Under the pieces are notes generated by a model. That model saw only the letters and a list, made by a program, of their open reading frames with translations. It was not told the origin of the DNA and searched no databases. Of a stretch of 64,000 nucleotides of DNA, positions 42,112 to 54,813 are shown in pieces; position 1 is the stretch's first letter, and each line of letters begins with the position of its first letter. The translations under genes and the position numbers were made by a program. The stretch is taken from the NCBI GenBank assembly GCA_964016885.1, contig OZ024761.1, forward strand, positions 15,872,001 through 15,936,000. Reading direction: 5' to 3'. This DNA comes from Eledone cirrhosa. Its lineage: Eukaryota.

Positions 42112-42360
42112 CTAAGGCGGGTAAAATTCCCGAGATCCATGGACGAGTTCTCTCCAGCAGTCTCTGTCCCTCATTATCGCTGCCATATCCTGCATTTCCA
42201 ACAGACCAGTGTCTGTCCTTAGGGCATCAACATATGTTAACCTTGGTCTTCCTCTTCTAGTGTGTCCATGTAGGGGCTCCCAAAGGAGCACTGAGTGCAA
42301 TGTCAACTCTGGATGTCGGTGAGCATGTCCAGCCAACCTCAGTCTCCTCTGTGTCACTTT
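42112..42360 (-). mobile_element. RTE-like LINE 3' fragment in (TA)n
   Basis: [37 protein letters not shown]. Confidence 0.8.
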
Positions 42361-42415
42361 TGAGCTGAATATATATATATATATATAAATTCATATATAT
42401 GTATGTATGTATGAA

Positions 42416-42512
<97 letters not shown>

Positions 42513-42534
42513 CATACATACATATATATGAATA

Positions 42535-42628
<94 letters not shown>

Positions 42629-43093
42629 TACATACATATATATGAATTTATATATATATATATATATTCATACATACATACATATATATGAATTTAATTT
42701 GGGTGGTTCTCAAGTTTTAGGGAGACAGACAGACAAACATTCTCTGTTTTAGATATATAGATATATATAGGAAAATAGTCAGGACCCCGACAACTGAGCT
42801 CCGGCTGTTTTGACAGCTAGATCCGAACTCTTTGTTCTTTGTTATATGCGTGAGTGTGTGTGTGCATAATTGTCAATGTCCCCATTAGTAACAGTGGTGG
42901 TAAGAAATTCTCTGGAGAGCTGAATAGCAGATCTTCAGAGAAGAAACACTTCTCACGCAAGTGTTACAGCCCGTATCTTCTTACGGCAAAGTAATCTGAA
43001 TTTGTCTGGTCTAATATCTGACCCCCATCACCTTATGCTTATGAAACTAACACCCAAATCACTTGCCATACACCTTCACTATATCTATATATC

Positions 43094-43155
<62 letters not shown>

Positions 43156-43635
43156 ATACTTTGGGAGGGTCATGTTGCCAATAAGAAACACACGCACCAG
43201 TTGCTTTCACTTCAATTTAATTTATTAAATATTTATAAATTTACAAATTTATAAATTTCTGGTTGGTTGGCCGGTTCCACAACCAGATAGTTGTTTATAT
43301 ATATATAGTCACAGCTCCCCCGCCACACACTCTGCGACCCCCCCAGCGACCGGGGACCCCCCTCTTCGCCTCTGCGCCCCTCCTTCCCCCCATCCCACGC
43401 CACCCTGCTTGTGTGTGGGTTGCGCGCTCAGTTTGCGCATGCGCCACATCCGGGTGTCTGTGTGTGTTTGTGTTCATTTTTCTATTTTTCTATTTATATT
43501 TTTTTTATTTGTTTGTTTATTTATTTATTTATTGTTGGTTGGCCGCCTGCTCTATGTGTGTGCGTGCCCTCATTTTGTGTGTGTTTTCAATTGTAAGTTG
43601 TTTGCTCGATGTGTGTGTGTGCCCCCACCCTGTCC

Positions 43636-44162
43636 TTAACTGTAAGTTGCGATGCCGCTGCTCCACTCATATCCTCCACTCAATTTTGGTTTTAATTCCT
43701 TTATGCCCACTGCCTCTGTAATTTGCCCAAACACCGCGTCCCTCTTGTGTGTGGATTCCACTTTTACTCCCATGCTCTCTAATTTACCCCTGTGTTCTAT
43801 CCCAGCATGTCGGTAGAGCACAGATGACTCCCTATTATCCTGGAGGTCCCGCCAGTGTTCATCCACCCGCTCCCCTACACCACGAGCCGCCTCACCCATG
43901 TACACTACATTTTTGTTTCTACATTGTCCTTCAGTACATCTTATGCCATATACTACATTTCCAGTTTTACAGCCAACATGGGGGCTTATTTTACAGGTTA
44001 TACATCTCCTATCCATACATGAGGGTCCTCGGAACGGGTATGTCTTGCCAATAAGTGTCCCTACGGAGGTACCAGGTCTCTCTACTATCTTAATATTGGG
44101 GTTATGTTTCTTTAGGGCCCTTCTAAATTTGTAGGCTAGTTCGCCTCTAGGGGTTGTATTGA
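43636..44162 (-). pseudogene. Mirror copy of the PLE GIY-YIG fragment
   Basis: Translation identical to the plus-strand copy. Confidence 0.88.
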
Positions 44163-44689
44163 TCAATACAACCCCTAGAGGCGAACTAGCCTACAAATTT
44201 AGAAGGGCCCTAAAGAAACATAACCCCAATATTAAGATAGTAGAGAGACCTGGTACCTCCGTAGGGACACTTATTGGCAAGACATACCCGTTCCGAGGAC
44301 CCTCATGTATGGATAGGAGATGTATAACCTGTAAAATAAGCCCCCATGTTGGCTGTAAAACTGGAAATGTAGTATATGGCATAAGATGTACTGAAGGACA
44401 ATGTAGAAACAAAAATGTAGTGTACATGGGTGAGGCGGCTCGTGGTGTAGGGGAGCGGGTGGATGAACACTGGCGGGACCTCCAGGATAATAGGGAGTCA
44501 TCTGTGCTCTACCGACATGCTGGGATAGAACACAGGGGTAAATTAGAGAGCATGGGAGTAAAAGTGGAATCCACACACAAGAGGGACGCGGTGTTTGGGC
44601 AAATTACAGAGGCAGTGGGCATAAAGGAATTAAAACCAAAATTGAGTGGAGGATATGAGTGGAGCAGCGGCATCGCAACTTACAGTTAA
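44163..44689 (+). pseudogene. PLE linker plus GIY-YIG endonuclease fragment (apparently A-to-G hypermutated)
   Basis: CxxC...C, NVVYGIRC, VYMGE (YIGE), ERxxEH, YRHAxxEH, QITEAV, LxxxxEW motifs. Confidence 0.88.
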
Positions 44690-44973
44690 GGACAGGGTGG
44701 GGGCACACACACACATCGAGCAAACAACTTACAATTGAAAACACACACAAAATGAGGGCACGCACACACATAGAGCAGGCGGCCAACCAACAATAAATAA
44801 ATAAATAAACAAACAAATAAAAAAAATATAAATAGAAAAATAGAAAAATGAACACAAACACACACAGACACCCGGATGTGGCGCATGCGCAAACTGAGCG
44901 CGCAACCCACACACAAGCAGGGTGGCGTGGGATGGGGGGAAGGAGGGGCGCAGAGGCGAAGAGGGGGGTCCCC

Positions 44974-45018
44974 GGTCGCTGGGGGGGTCGCAGAGTGTGT
45001 GGCGGGGGAGCTGTGACT
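44974..45018 (+). ncRNA. Minimal type I hammerhead, apparently destroyed by A-to-G changes (mirror copy at 43307-43351)
   Basis: ggtcg CTGGGGG g gtcgca..tgtggc GGGG gagc TG tgact reverts by G-to-A only to agtca CTGAAGA a gtcaca..tgtgac GAAA gagc TA tgact. Confidence 0.65.
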
Positions 45019-45545
45019 ATATATATATAAACAACTATCTGGTTGTGGAACCGGCCAACCAACCAGAAATTTATAAATTTGTAAATTTATAAATATTTAA
45101 TAAATTAAATTGAAGTGAAAGCAACTGGTGCGTGTGTTTCTTATTGGCAACATGACCCTCCCAAAGTATAACAATATCGGTTTCAACACACGATTTCAGA
45201 TAAAGAATCTTGCTAAACAAATTCAGAAACGAAATATATATATATATATATTGTATATATATATCAATGTAAAGTTATGTTGGTGCCACAACATCCAGGC
45301 CGAAACAAATGAGGTCGTGTAGGTGTCACGACAAAAAAAAACACACAGTCCACGCTGTAATGTGGTCGTGTAGGTAACACGGTAAAAACCTCCCAGTCCC
45401 ACACTGTAAATGTGGTTGGTGTTAGGAAGGGCATCCAGCTGTAGAAAACCCGCCAGACAGTCCTATGCGAGCAAGACAACCACTCTTGCCCAAGTGGGAA
45501 AACTCCCGTCCAAACCCATGCAAGCGTGGAATATGGACGTTAAAC

Positions 45546-45580
<35 letters not shown>

Positions 45581-46570
45581 GATATATATATATATATCAT
45601 CATCATTATCCTCATCATCCTCGTTTAACGTCCACTTTCCACGTTAGCATGGGTTAGACGGGAGTTGTCCCACTTGAGGCAAGGTTGGTCGGGTAACCGT
45701 GTCTCGCTCATATAGGACTATCTGGCAGGTTTTCTATGGCTGGATGCCCTTCCTAACACCAACCACATTTACAGTGTGGAACTGGGAACTTTTTACCGTG
45801 TTACCTACACGACCACATTACAGCATGGACTGTGTGTTTTTTTTCTCGTGACACCTACATATATATATAATATGACTGAGTGGTTACTAGGAAATATAAT
45901 AAAAAAACCACCTAGGGAAAAATGGAACAGAAAACTCATTAGACACATACGCAAGGATGATTCTTGCTCATTGGCTGTCTTCTGAGGGTCATTATAGTTT
46001 TTGTCTATCATTAGCAGGGCAGTCTAAAATAAACCTGCCCTACTAATAATCTCACCTGAAATATCCTATAGCTAACTTTGTAAAAGTTATTCTATATATG
46101 TGTATAATTCTCTAAGTGGCATATTTAGTTATGATTTATTGAGATTTTCAGTACAGTGACAAATAATCTATTTAACATATATATATATACAAACCCATGC
46201 AAGCATGGAAGATGGACGTTAAACGATGATGAGTAATACAGAGTACCCGACCTCCCATGGGTACATGCTGAAGCATATAAACAATATGCCCCCACACCCC
46301 CCACCGCAAGGTGGTCGTGGAGGTGCCACGGCAAAAAAGCACCCAGCCCACACTGTAAAGTGGACGTGTAGGCGCCACGAAAAAGCACCCAGCACTCACT
46401 GTAAATGAGGTTGGTGTTAGGAAGGGCATCCAGCTGTAGAAATCAAGCCAGATCAGTTCCTGTATGAGCAAGGCATGGTCAGCCGACACTGCACACAACA
46501 GGACAACCCGTCTAACCCATGCTAGCGTGGAAGAACGGACGTAAAACGGTGATGATGATGATGATGATGA

Positions 46571-46622
<52 letters not shown>

Positions 46623-49294
46623 TTATTGCAGTAGAGTCCAGTAGAAGCTAGTTCTAACTAACTTATACATATATTTGCTGATCTATATAAGAGATTAAAT
46701 AAGATTTGATATAACCCAAACTATGTTCTTCGTTCTGCATGACTTACCATAATATATGTCAGTAAGTTTAAATGCTTTCCTTCTTTTCATTTCTCACGAA
46801 CTACAATATACACCAGCTTCACCCCAACTTGTTACCTTGCTCTGTTGATTAATCTTACCTCACCTGGCATAAAGGGCCATAACTAAACTCTAGTGATTAA
46901 ACCAACTCCTACCCTAGATGTTGTTGTTGTCGATGATAATGGTGATTATGTATGTATGTATGTAGGTAGGTAGGTAGGTAGGTATGTATGTAAATATGTA
47001 TGTATGAACACATTGTAAAGTGGTTGTGTAGGTGTCACGCCAAAAAGCACCCAGCCCTCACTGTAAAGTGGTCATGTAGGTGTCACGCCAAAAAGCACCC
47101 AGTAGACATTGTAAATGTGATTGCCGTTAGGAAGGGCATCCAGCTGTAGAAACCAACCCAGAGTCAGTTCTGTATGATCAAGACACGGTCACCTAATCTG
47201 ATTTGTCTCAAAATGGAACAACCCGTCTAACCCACATTAGCGTGGGAAAATAGATTTTAAACTCTAATGATGATGATGATATCGATACACAAGTTCTAAT
47301 GTTGTAACAACTTTTTTATATGAGAGAGAGAAAGAAGTATCGATCCTAGTACTGGAACCTAGTACTTTTTTCTTTATCAACCTCGAGATGATGAAAGGCA
47401 AAGTTGACCTCAGCAGGATTTGAATTCAGAGTACACATAGTCAGATCGAATACTGCAAAGCATACTATCCAACATTCCAATGACTGTGCCAATTTGCCAC
47501 CTGATGATGATGATATTGGATTCAAAGTCAGTAATTTCGGAAGGAAGAATATGTCGATAAAATTAACCCCAATACTTCATTGGTACTTTATTTTTCTTTT
47601 AACTTTAGCATTTAAACTGGCCATATTCGGCCAGGACTCTCTCACCTCTTTCTGTTCAAACTGGCTGTAACCATACTGACATTAAAGTATTGTTCTCAAA
47701 ATTAATAATATCAAAATCTCATAGATTCGATATTATGTGAGATAATTATGTGAGGTAAAGTGTTTACCGTGAAAATACAATAGTAAATATAGAGTAATGT
47801 AAATGCTAAAGGGTTAAAGGCAAAGTTGACCTCGATGGGATTTGAACACAAAACATAAATTACCAGAAGAGATACTGTTAACAGGCACACCACATATAAC
47901 AATCAAACAAATGACTCATTTCTATTGGAAGCCCTCTACAATGTGAGGTTTGTGAAGTTTGGTTGAGGTATGAGTAGTAAGTACCCTGATTTAGAGCAAA
48001 CTTAGTCTAGGACAAAAGCCAGCAAGCAAGAAAAGGTGTGGTGAAATAATTATAATGTATGCATACAACACAAAACACTTTAGTCTTTACGTTGGAGTAT
48101 CTCCAATGAAAACAATGAATTTGCAGGGATTTAGTAAACTAGGATTTTTTTCAACATGCTGACGCGTATGTGTGTTTTGTGCATATGCATACATTTATAT
48201 GTATGAGTATATAAATATAAACGTGCAAACACAGGCACACTTGCAAAAATACACACTCAGACATACATTCACACAAATGCACACATACACAGCATAACAA
48301 ATGGACTGCCAGCTGCTATTTTGCTATAGTTTTTTCACTCCACCCACATCCTTTTACACACACATATATTCATGCAGGCAGCAGATGTAAAGAGAGGGGA
48401 GTAGTATGAGGTAGTCAAACTACTCCTTTCTCTTTACATGTTGTGACAGAATCACAGAAATTTATATATAGATATAAACAAACGTTTTAATTAAGTTGAT
48501 TTTTGGAACATATATAAACACATTAACCTTTTTGAGAGACACTAAGAGATCAGGGAACAGATCCATTCAGATATCACAGTTCTGATACTAGAGAAATGTG
48601 GTTAGAATGTCTCAAGAAAAAATTGCTGGACAGATTTTTAGCTTGGAGATCAGAGAATCGCTCCAGGTAGAGCTGCTACTTCACCAAATTGAGAGCTCAC
48701 AGCTCTGATACTATAGACATGTGGTTAGAATGTCTCAGGAAAGAATTGTTGGACTCATTAAAATCATTTCTGGGTGTTAAGAGCTAAAGAGTTCCTGTAT
48801 AAATTAAAATATTCCAACATAATTTGATAAGAACCTTTTGACAAGTTATATTACAAATACCATCTTAACCCGTTAACATTTACATTAGTCTATATATACT
48901 ATTGTATTTTCATGGTAAACACTTTATCTCACATAATATTGAATCTATGAGATTTTGATATTTATTTTGAGAACAATACCTTAAAATCAGTATGAGCAGC
49001 CAGTTACAGCCAGTTTGAACCGAAAGAGGTGAGAGAATTCTGGCCAGATGCGGCCAGTTTAAATGCTAAAAGGTTAATGAAATAATTTTGGTAAATTCCT
49101 CAAAACTCCTAGTTAATTTATTCATTTATTAGAAATATATGAACAAAACTATTTCTATTCTGTGTCCCAGTCAAGGGGCTGAGGCCATGCTGGGGCACCG
49201 CAATGATGGCTGGAACAAGCACCACAAGGTATTAATGACCCTACAAATGTCACCCACCACCAGGTATTCTAACACCTTAAGAACTCTACCAATG

Positions 49295-50778
49295 TCACCA
49301 GGTGATGGTGGTGATAATCGTAGTAGTAGTATTGGTGGTAGTGGTATTGGAGGTGGTAGTATTGGTGGTAGTAGTAGTGGTGGTGGTGGAAATAGTGGTG
49401 GTAGTAGTGGTATTGGTGGAAGTAGTGGTGGTGGTGGTGGTGGCAGTAGTATTGGTCGCAGTAGTGGTGGTGGTAGTAGTAGTGGTATTGGTGGCAATAG
49501 TGGTAGTGGTGGTAGTAGTGGTGGTGGTAGCAGTAGTGGTATTGGTGGCAGTAGTGGTGGAAGTAGTGGTGGTGGAAGTAGTGGTAGTGGTGGTAGTAGT
49601 GGTATTGGTGGCAGTAGTGGTATTGGTGGAAGTAGTGGTGGTGGAAGTAGTGGTGGTGGTGGCAGTAGTGGTATTGGTGGCAGTAGTGGTGGTGGTGGTG
49701 GAAGTAGTGGTATTGGTGGCAGTAGTGGTGGTGGTGGTGGAAGTAGTGGTGGTGGTGGCAGTAGTGGTATTGGTGGCAGTAGTGGTGGTGGTGGAAGTAG
49801 TGGTGGTGGTGGTGGAAGTAGTGGTGGTGGTGGCAGTAGTGGTGGTGGTGGAAGTAGTGGTGGTGGTGGTGGAAGTAGTGGTGGTGGTGGCAGTAGTGGT
49901 ATTGGTGGCAGTAGTGGTGGTGGTGGAAGTAGTGGTGGTGGTGGAAGTAGTGGTGGTGGTAGTAGTGGTATTGGTGGCAGTAGTGGTATTGGTGGCAGTA
50001 GTGGTGGTGGTGGAAGTAGTGGTGGTGGTGGTGGAAGTAGTGGTGGTGGTGGCAGTAGTGGTATTGGTGGCAGTAGTGGTGGTGGTGGAAGTAGTGGTGG
50101 TGGTGGAAGTAGTGGTGGTGGTAGTAGTGGTATTGGTGGCAGTAGTGGTATTGGTGGCAGTAGTGGTGGTGGAAGTAGTGGTGGTGGTGGCAGTAGTGGT
50201 ATTGGTGGCAGTAGTGGTGGTGGTGGTGGAAGTAGTGGTGGTGGTGGCAGTAGTGGTGGTGGAAGTAGTGGTGGTGGTGGCAGTAGTGGTGGTGGTGGTG
50301 GAAGTAGTGGTATTGGTGGCAGTAGTGGTGGTGGTGGTGGAAGTAGTGGTGGTGGTGGAAGTAGTGGTGGTGGTGGCAGTAGTGGTATTGGTGGCAGTAG
50401 TGGTATTGGTGGCAGTAGTGGTGGTGGTGGTGGAAGTAGTGGTGGTGGTGGAAGTAGTGGTGGTGGTGGCAGTAGTGGTATTGGTGGAAGTAGTGGTGGT
50501 GGTGGTGGAAGTAGTGGTGGTGGTGGCAGTAGTGGTATTGGTGGCAGTAGTGGTGGTGGTGGAAGTAGTGGTGGTGGTGGTGGAAGTAGTGGTGGTGGTG
50601 GCAGTAGTGGTATTGGTGGCAGTAGTGGTGGTGGTGGAAGTAGTGGTGGTGGTGGAAGTAGTGGTGGTGGAAGTAGTGGTGGTGGTGGCAGTAGTGGTAT
50701 TGGTGGCAGTAGTGGTGGTGGTGGAAGTAGTGGTGGTGGTGGCAGTAGTGGTATTGGTGGCAGTAGTGGTGGTGGTGC
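49295..50778. repeat. Compound (GGT/AGT)n trinucleotide array; similar arrays at 31680-32600 and 60800-62110
   Basis: Direct inspection. Confidence 0.9.
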
Positions 50779-51307
50779 CAGCAACTGTAGAGATAACTAA
50801 GTCAGTCACAGTGTGTTCTTTAAATACCAACAGTTGGTTAAGTTGTTCTTGGAACAGATAAGTTAGATTGTGTGTCATGGAAGAGAGAGAGAGAGAGGGA
50901 GAGAGAGAGGGGGGAAGCAGTGGGAAAGAGGGGTGGAGAGAGAGTGGGGAAGAGAGAGGGAGTGGGAATGGGAGAGAGAATGGGAAGAAGTGGGAGAGGG
51001 TGTGAGGAAAAGAGGAAGAGAGGAAGAGGGAGAGGGAAGGAAAGAGTGGGAAAGTGAGTGAGAGACAGAGAGAAGAAGAGGAAAAGGAGAGAGAAATGGA
51101 TGAGAGTGAAGAGGAAGAAAGAGTGCGAGGAAGGGAGAGGGAGAGGAAAAGGAGAGAGAAAAATAGATGAGAGTGAGGAAGAAGAGAGGGGTGAGGAAGA
51201 GGAAAAGAGACAGCTTCACAGTTATAGTTAGAGTGGGAGGTGGAGAGAGACAGGAGATAGAGAAAGAGGGGGGGGGAGTGGCAGAGTAAGAGAAACAGAT
51301 TGACAGT

Positions 51308-51360
<53 letters not shown>

Positions 51361-51944
51361 CAGAGAGGGTGAAAATAGGAACACACATATACACCCAGTT
51401 GCTAAAGTGATATACACACATACATACATGCATGCACATACACAATAGCTTACTGGATGGATGCCATCACCACACATACATATGCACACACACACATACA
51501 CACACTCACACACAATAATACATCTGTGTTGAGCTGTGCAGTAACTGGGTCGATATAGTGGCATACACACACACACACACACATATACATAGATATATAT
51601 ATATACATATGTACACACACACAAAAGTGCACAAATACACATTCAGATAGAAACACACATGTACATACACACATATATAGATCCATGCAAAAATGCACAA
51701 ATACGCACACAAACACACACACACACACAGATATATACACATACAAAAGTGCACAAATGCACATATAGAAACACACAGACACATATACATACACACACCA
51801 AAATGCACAAATGCACACACAGAAACACACACACACAAAAATGTACAAATGCACACACAGAAACACACACACACACATATATATATAGTTTTAATATATA
51901 TGAGATTCTACAGGACTAGAACTGTTTCATTCTTTAGAAATCAT

Positions 51945-51978
<34 letters not shown>

Positions 51979-52406
51979 AATTAAATTAAAAATGTACACA
52001 TACACACACAGAAACACACACACACACATATATATATACACATACACACACCAAAATGTACAAATGCACACACAGAAACACACACATATATATATATATA
52101 TATACAACCACACACCAAAATGCACAAATGCACACACAGAAACACACACACACGCACACACATATATATACAAAAGTGCACAAATGCACATATAGAAACA
52201 CACAGACACATATACATACACACACCAAAATGCACAAATGCACACACAGAAACACACACACAGAAACACACACACACACATATATATATAGTTTTAATAT
52301 ATATGAGATTCTACAGGACTAGAACTGTTTCATTCTTTAGAAATCATCAATATATATATATATATATATATATATAACATACACACACCAAAATGCACAC
52401 ACAGAA

Positions 52407-52437
<31 letters not shown>

Positions 52438-53091
52438 CACATACACACACATATATATATACACATACACACACCAAAATGTACAAATGCACACACAGAA
52501 ACACACACATATATATATATATATATACAACCACACACCAAAATGCACAAATGCACACACAGAAACACACACACACGCACACACATATATATATATACAC
52601 AGAAACACACACACACACATATATATATATATAGTCAGTAGGCACCTCTTAACCAAATATACACCCCAATCCCTACGCTATCCTCCCACTCCCACCAACA
52701 CCACCCTCACTCTGTAAAGTTGGTACCACAACATCCAGTCCAAATAAATGAGATAATGAGATCGAGATCGTGTAGGTGTCACGAGAAAAGAACACACAGT
52801 CCATGCTGTAATGTGGTTGTGTAGGTAACACGGTAAAAAGTTCCCAGTTCCACACTGTAAATGTGGTTGGTGTTAGGAAGGGCATCCAGCCGTAGAAAAC
52901 CCGCCAGATAGTCCTATATGAGCGAGACACGGTCACCCGATCAACCTTGCCTCAAATTCGGACAACTCCCGTCTAACCCATGCTAGCGTGGAAGATGGAC
53001 GTTAAACGAAGATGATGATGATGACGATGATGATGATATAACACATTCACACACCAAAATGCACAAATGCACACCCAGAAACACACACACA

Positions 53092-53444
53092 TAGAGTGTA
53101 CCCCTGGCATTGATGGTCCCGGTTATTCACGGGATTTTCCTTATAACCTAACTAATAATTCTTCATGGAAACCATCACAAATTCGCGGAATTGTAAATAT
53201 CTTCTGAAATTACTTTTATGGCTTTTTTCATTGCAATATATATTTTTTTAGTGCTAAATTCTTAATAACAATGTACCGTATATGCTGGCTTATTGGACGC
53301 TCCCTCTTTTTTTTTAAAATATATTTTACATTATATTTTGATGTTTATTAGACATTTTTATGGACCACGTCCAATATTCACGGTTTTTCTCTCTTCGAGG
53401 GTGCTCTGGAAGCATAACCCCTGCGAATACCAGGGGGACAACTG

Positions 53445-53445
<1 letters not shown>
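53092..53445. mobile_element. Tigger/pogo-like MITE; second copy 55118-55441
   Basis: Shared internal sequence and ggggacaactg-ta end. Confidence 0.65.
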
Positions 53446-53479
<34 letters not shown>

Positions 53480-53528
53480 TCATCATCATACGTCCGCTTT
53501 TATATATGTATATATATAAATATATATT

Positions 53529-53719
<191 letters not shown>

Positions 53720-53734
53720 ATATATATATATAAT

Positions 53735-53783
<49 letters not shown>

Positions 53784-54755
53784 GATTTCTTTATTAACCA
53801 GAAGGGTTTACATAAAGTAGACATTAAGGACAGTGCAGGACAATACAGGACGGTACAAATGGGCATTTCTGCGTGTAAAAAACAAAAACAGAGGATGTAA
53901 CAAAAAAATAACAATGAAAAATTCCCCAATAGGGGAGGGACATTTGTGGAGAAAGCCCAGTAAAAGGCCACAGTGACCCTGACCACCAAGGCAAGTGCCC
54001 TCTCCCAGTTTTCCACCTTTAATTTACAGATATATACTCAGAGTAGGCCCATTCACTCGGGCCATTCTTGCTTCTCTCACCCATCTTTCAACAAAATGCT
54101 GAGAAGAGAGCACTTCCCTCTCTACATATATATATATATATATAGTAAACCATGAAAAACATGGGTGGAGGTGGTGAGAGCAGACCTCAAATTGCTGAAG
54201 CTCACGGTGGAGATGACGAAGGACCGTGACAAGTGGAGAGATGCTGTGCCGAATAAGACCCGTCCCACCCTTGCAAGCAGGGAAAAGCGGACGTAAAATA
54301 ATGATGATGATGATGATATACACACACACACATACACACATTAAAATGTACAAATGCAAACACACATACCAACGCACAACAACAAGTATACACACACACA
54401 CACACACACAGGACAATAAGCTGGTTTAAATGGTGATGCATACTCTTTTACTGTATTTTTTAATAGTTTTTTTACTGGTTTCAAACTTGAGACTGTGGCC
54501 ATACTGGGGCACGGTCATGATGGGACTTGATTGATTGTATTGACTCCACTACTTAATTTTACAGTGCTTCTTTTATCAATCTCTTATTGTCAAACTGCTA
54601 GCTCATGAGAAATAAACAAACACCAAATGTAAACAGACACATACATATATATATATTTAGGTTTGTTGGTTCACCACTGGATAGAACTGGTCATTCCGTA
54701 GGGTCATTTTTAGCCCCATGGATTTTGTCTATTATATTACTTTCTTATATTTCGA

Positions 54756-54813
54756 ATACCTGATGATGTCACCGGATTCATACTGAACCCGGTCATTAAA
54801 ATGATCATAGTAT
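54756..54813 (+). ncRNA. Degenerate hammerhead (GAAA read as AAAA)
   Basis: atac CTGATGA tg..accgg..ccggtca tt AAAA tgatca TA gtat. Confidence 0.55.

Larger units (their letters stand above)
43148..45233. mobile_element. Penelope-like retroelement, 5'-truncated, head-to-head perfect palindrome with unpaired 3' tail, inserted in (TA)n
   Basis: Centre ttga|tcaa at 44162/44163; arms 43148-44162 and 44163-45177; identical 176-aa GIY-YIG-like ORFs diverging from the centre; right arm extends about 56 bp further. Confidence 0.9.

Noticed and set aside
44159-44689. Stand-alone functional endonuclease gene pair
   Set aside because: The start is created at the palindrome centre, RT is absent and motifs are altered; A-to-G changes cannot create new stops from sense codons, so the open frame is not evidence of selection
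44920-45010. GC-rich promoter or G-quadruplex island
   Set aside because: G-richness is better explained by A-to-G conversion of an A-rich UTR
45030-45105. Second hammerhead in the PLE 3'UTR (ctggttg..caaccaGAAAtttataaa)
   Set aside because: A stem and GAAA with palindrome are present but no recognisable CUGANGA box
49139-51445. Gly/Ser-, Pro-, Thr- and Val-rich long ORFs
   Set aside because: Open in several frames on both strands; trinucleotide low complexity
51780-52380. About 404-bp local duplication
   Set aside because: Ordinary tandem duplication within CA/TA-rich sequence
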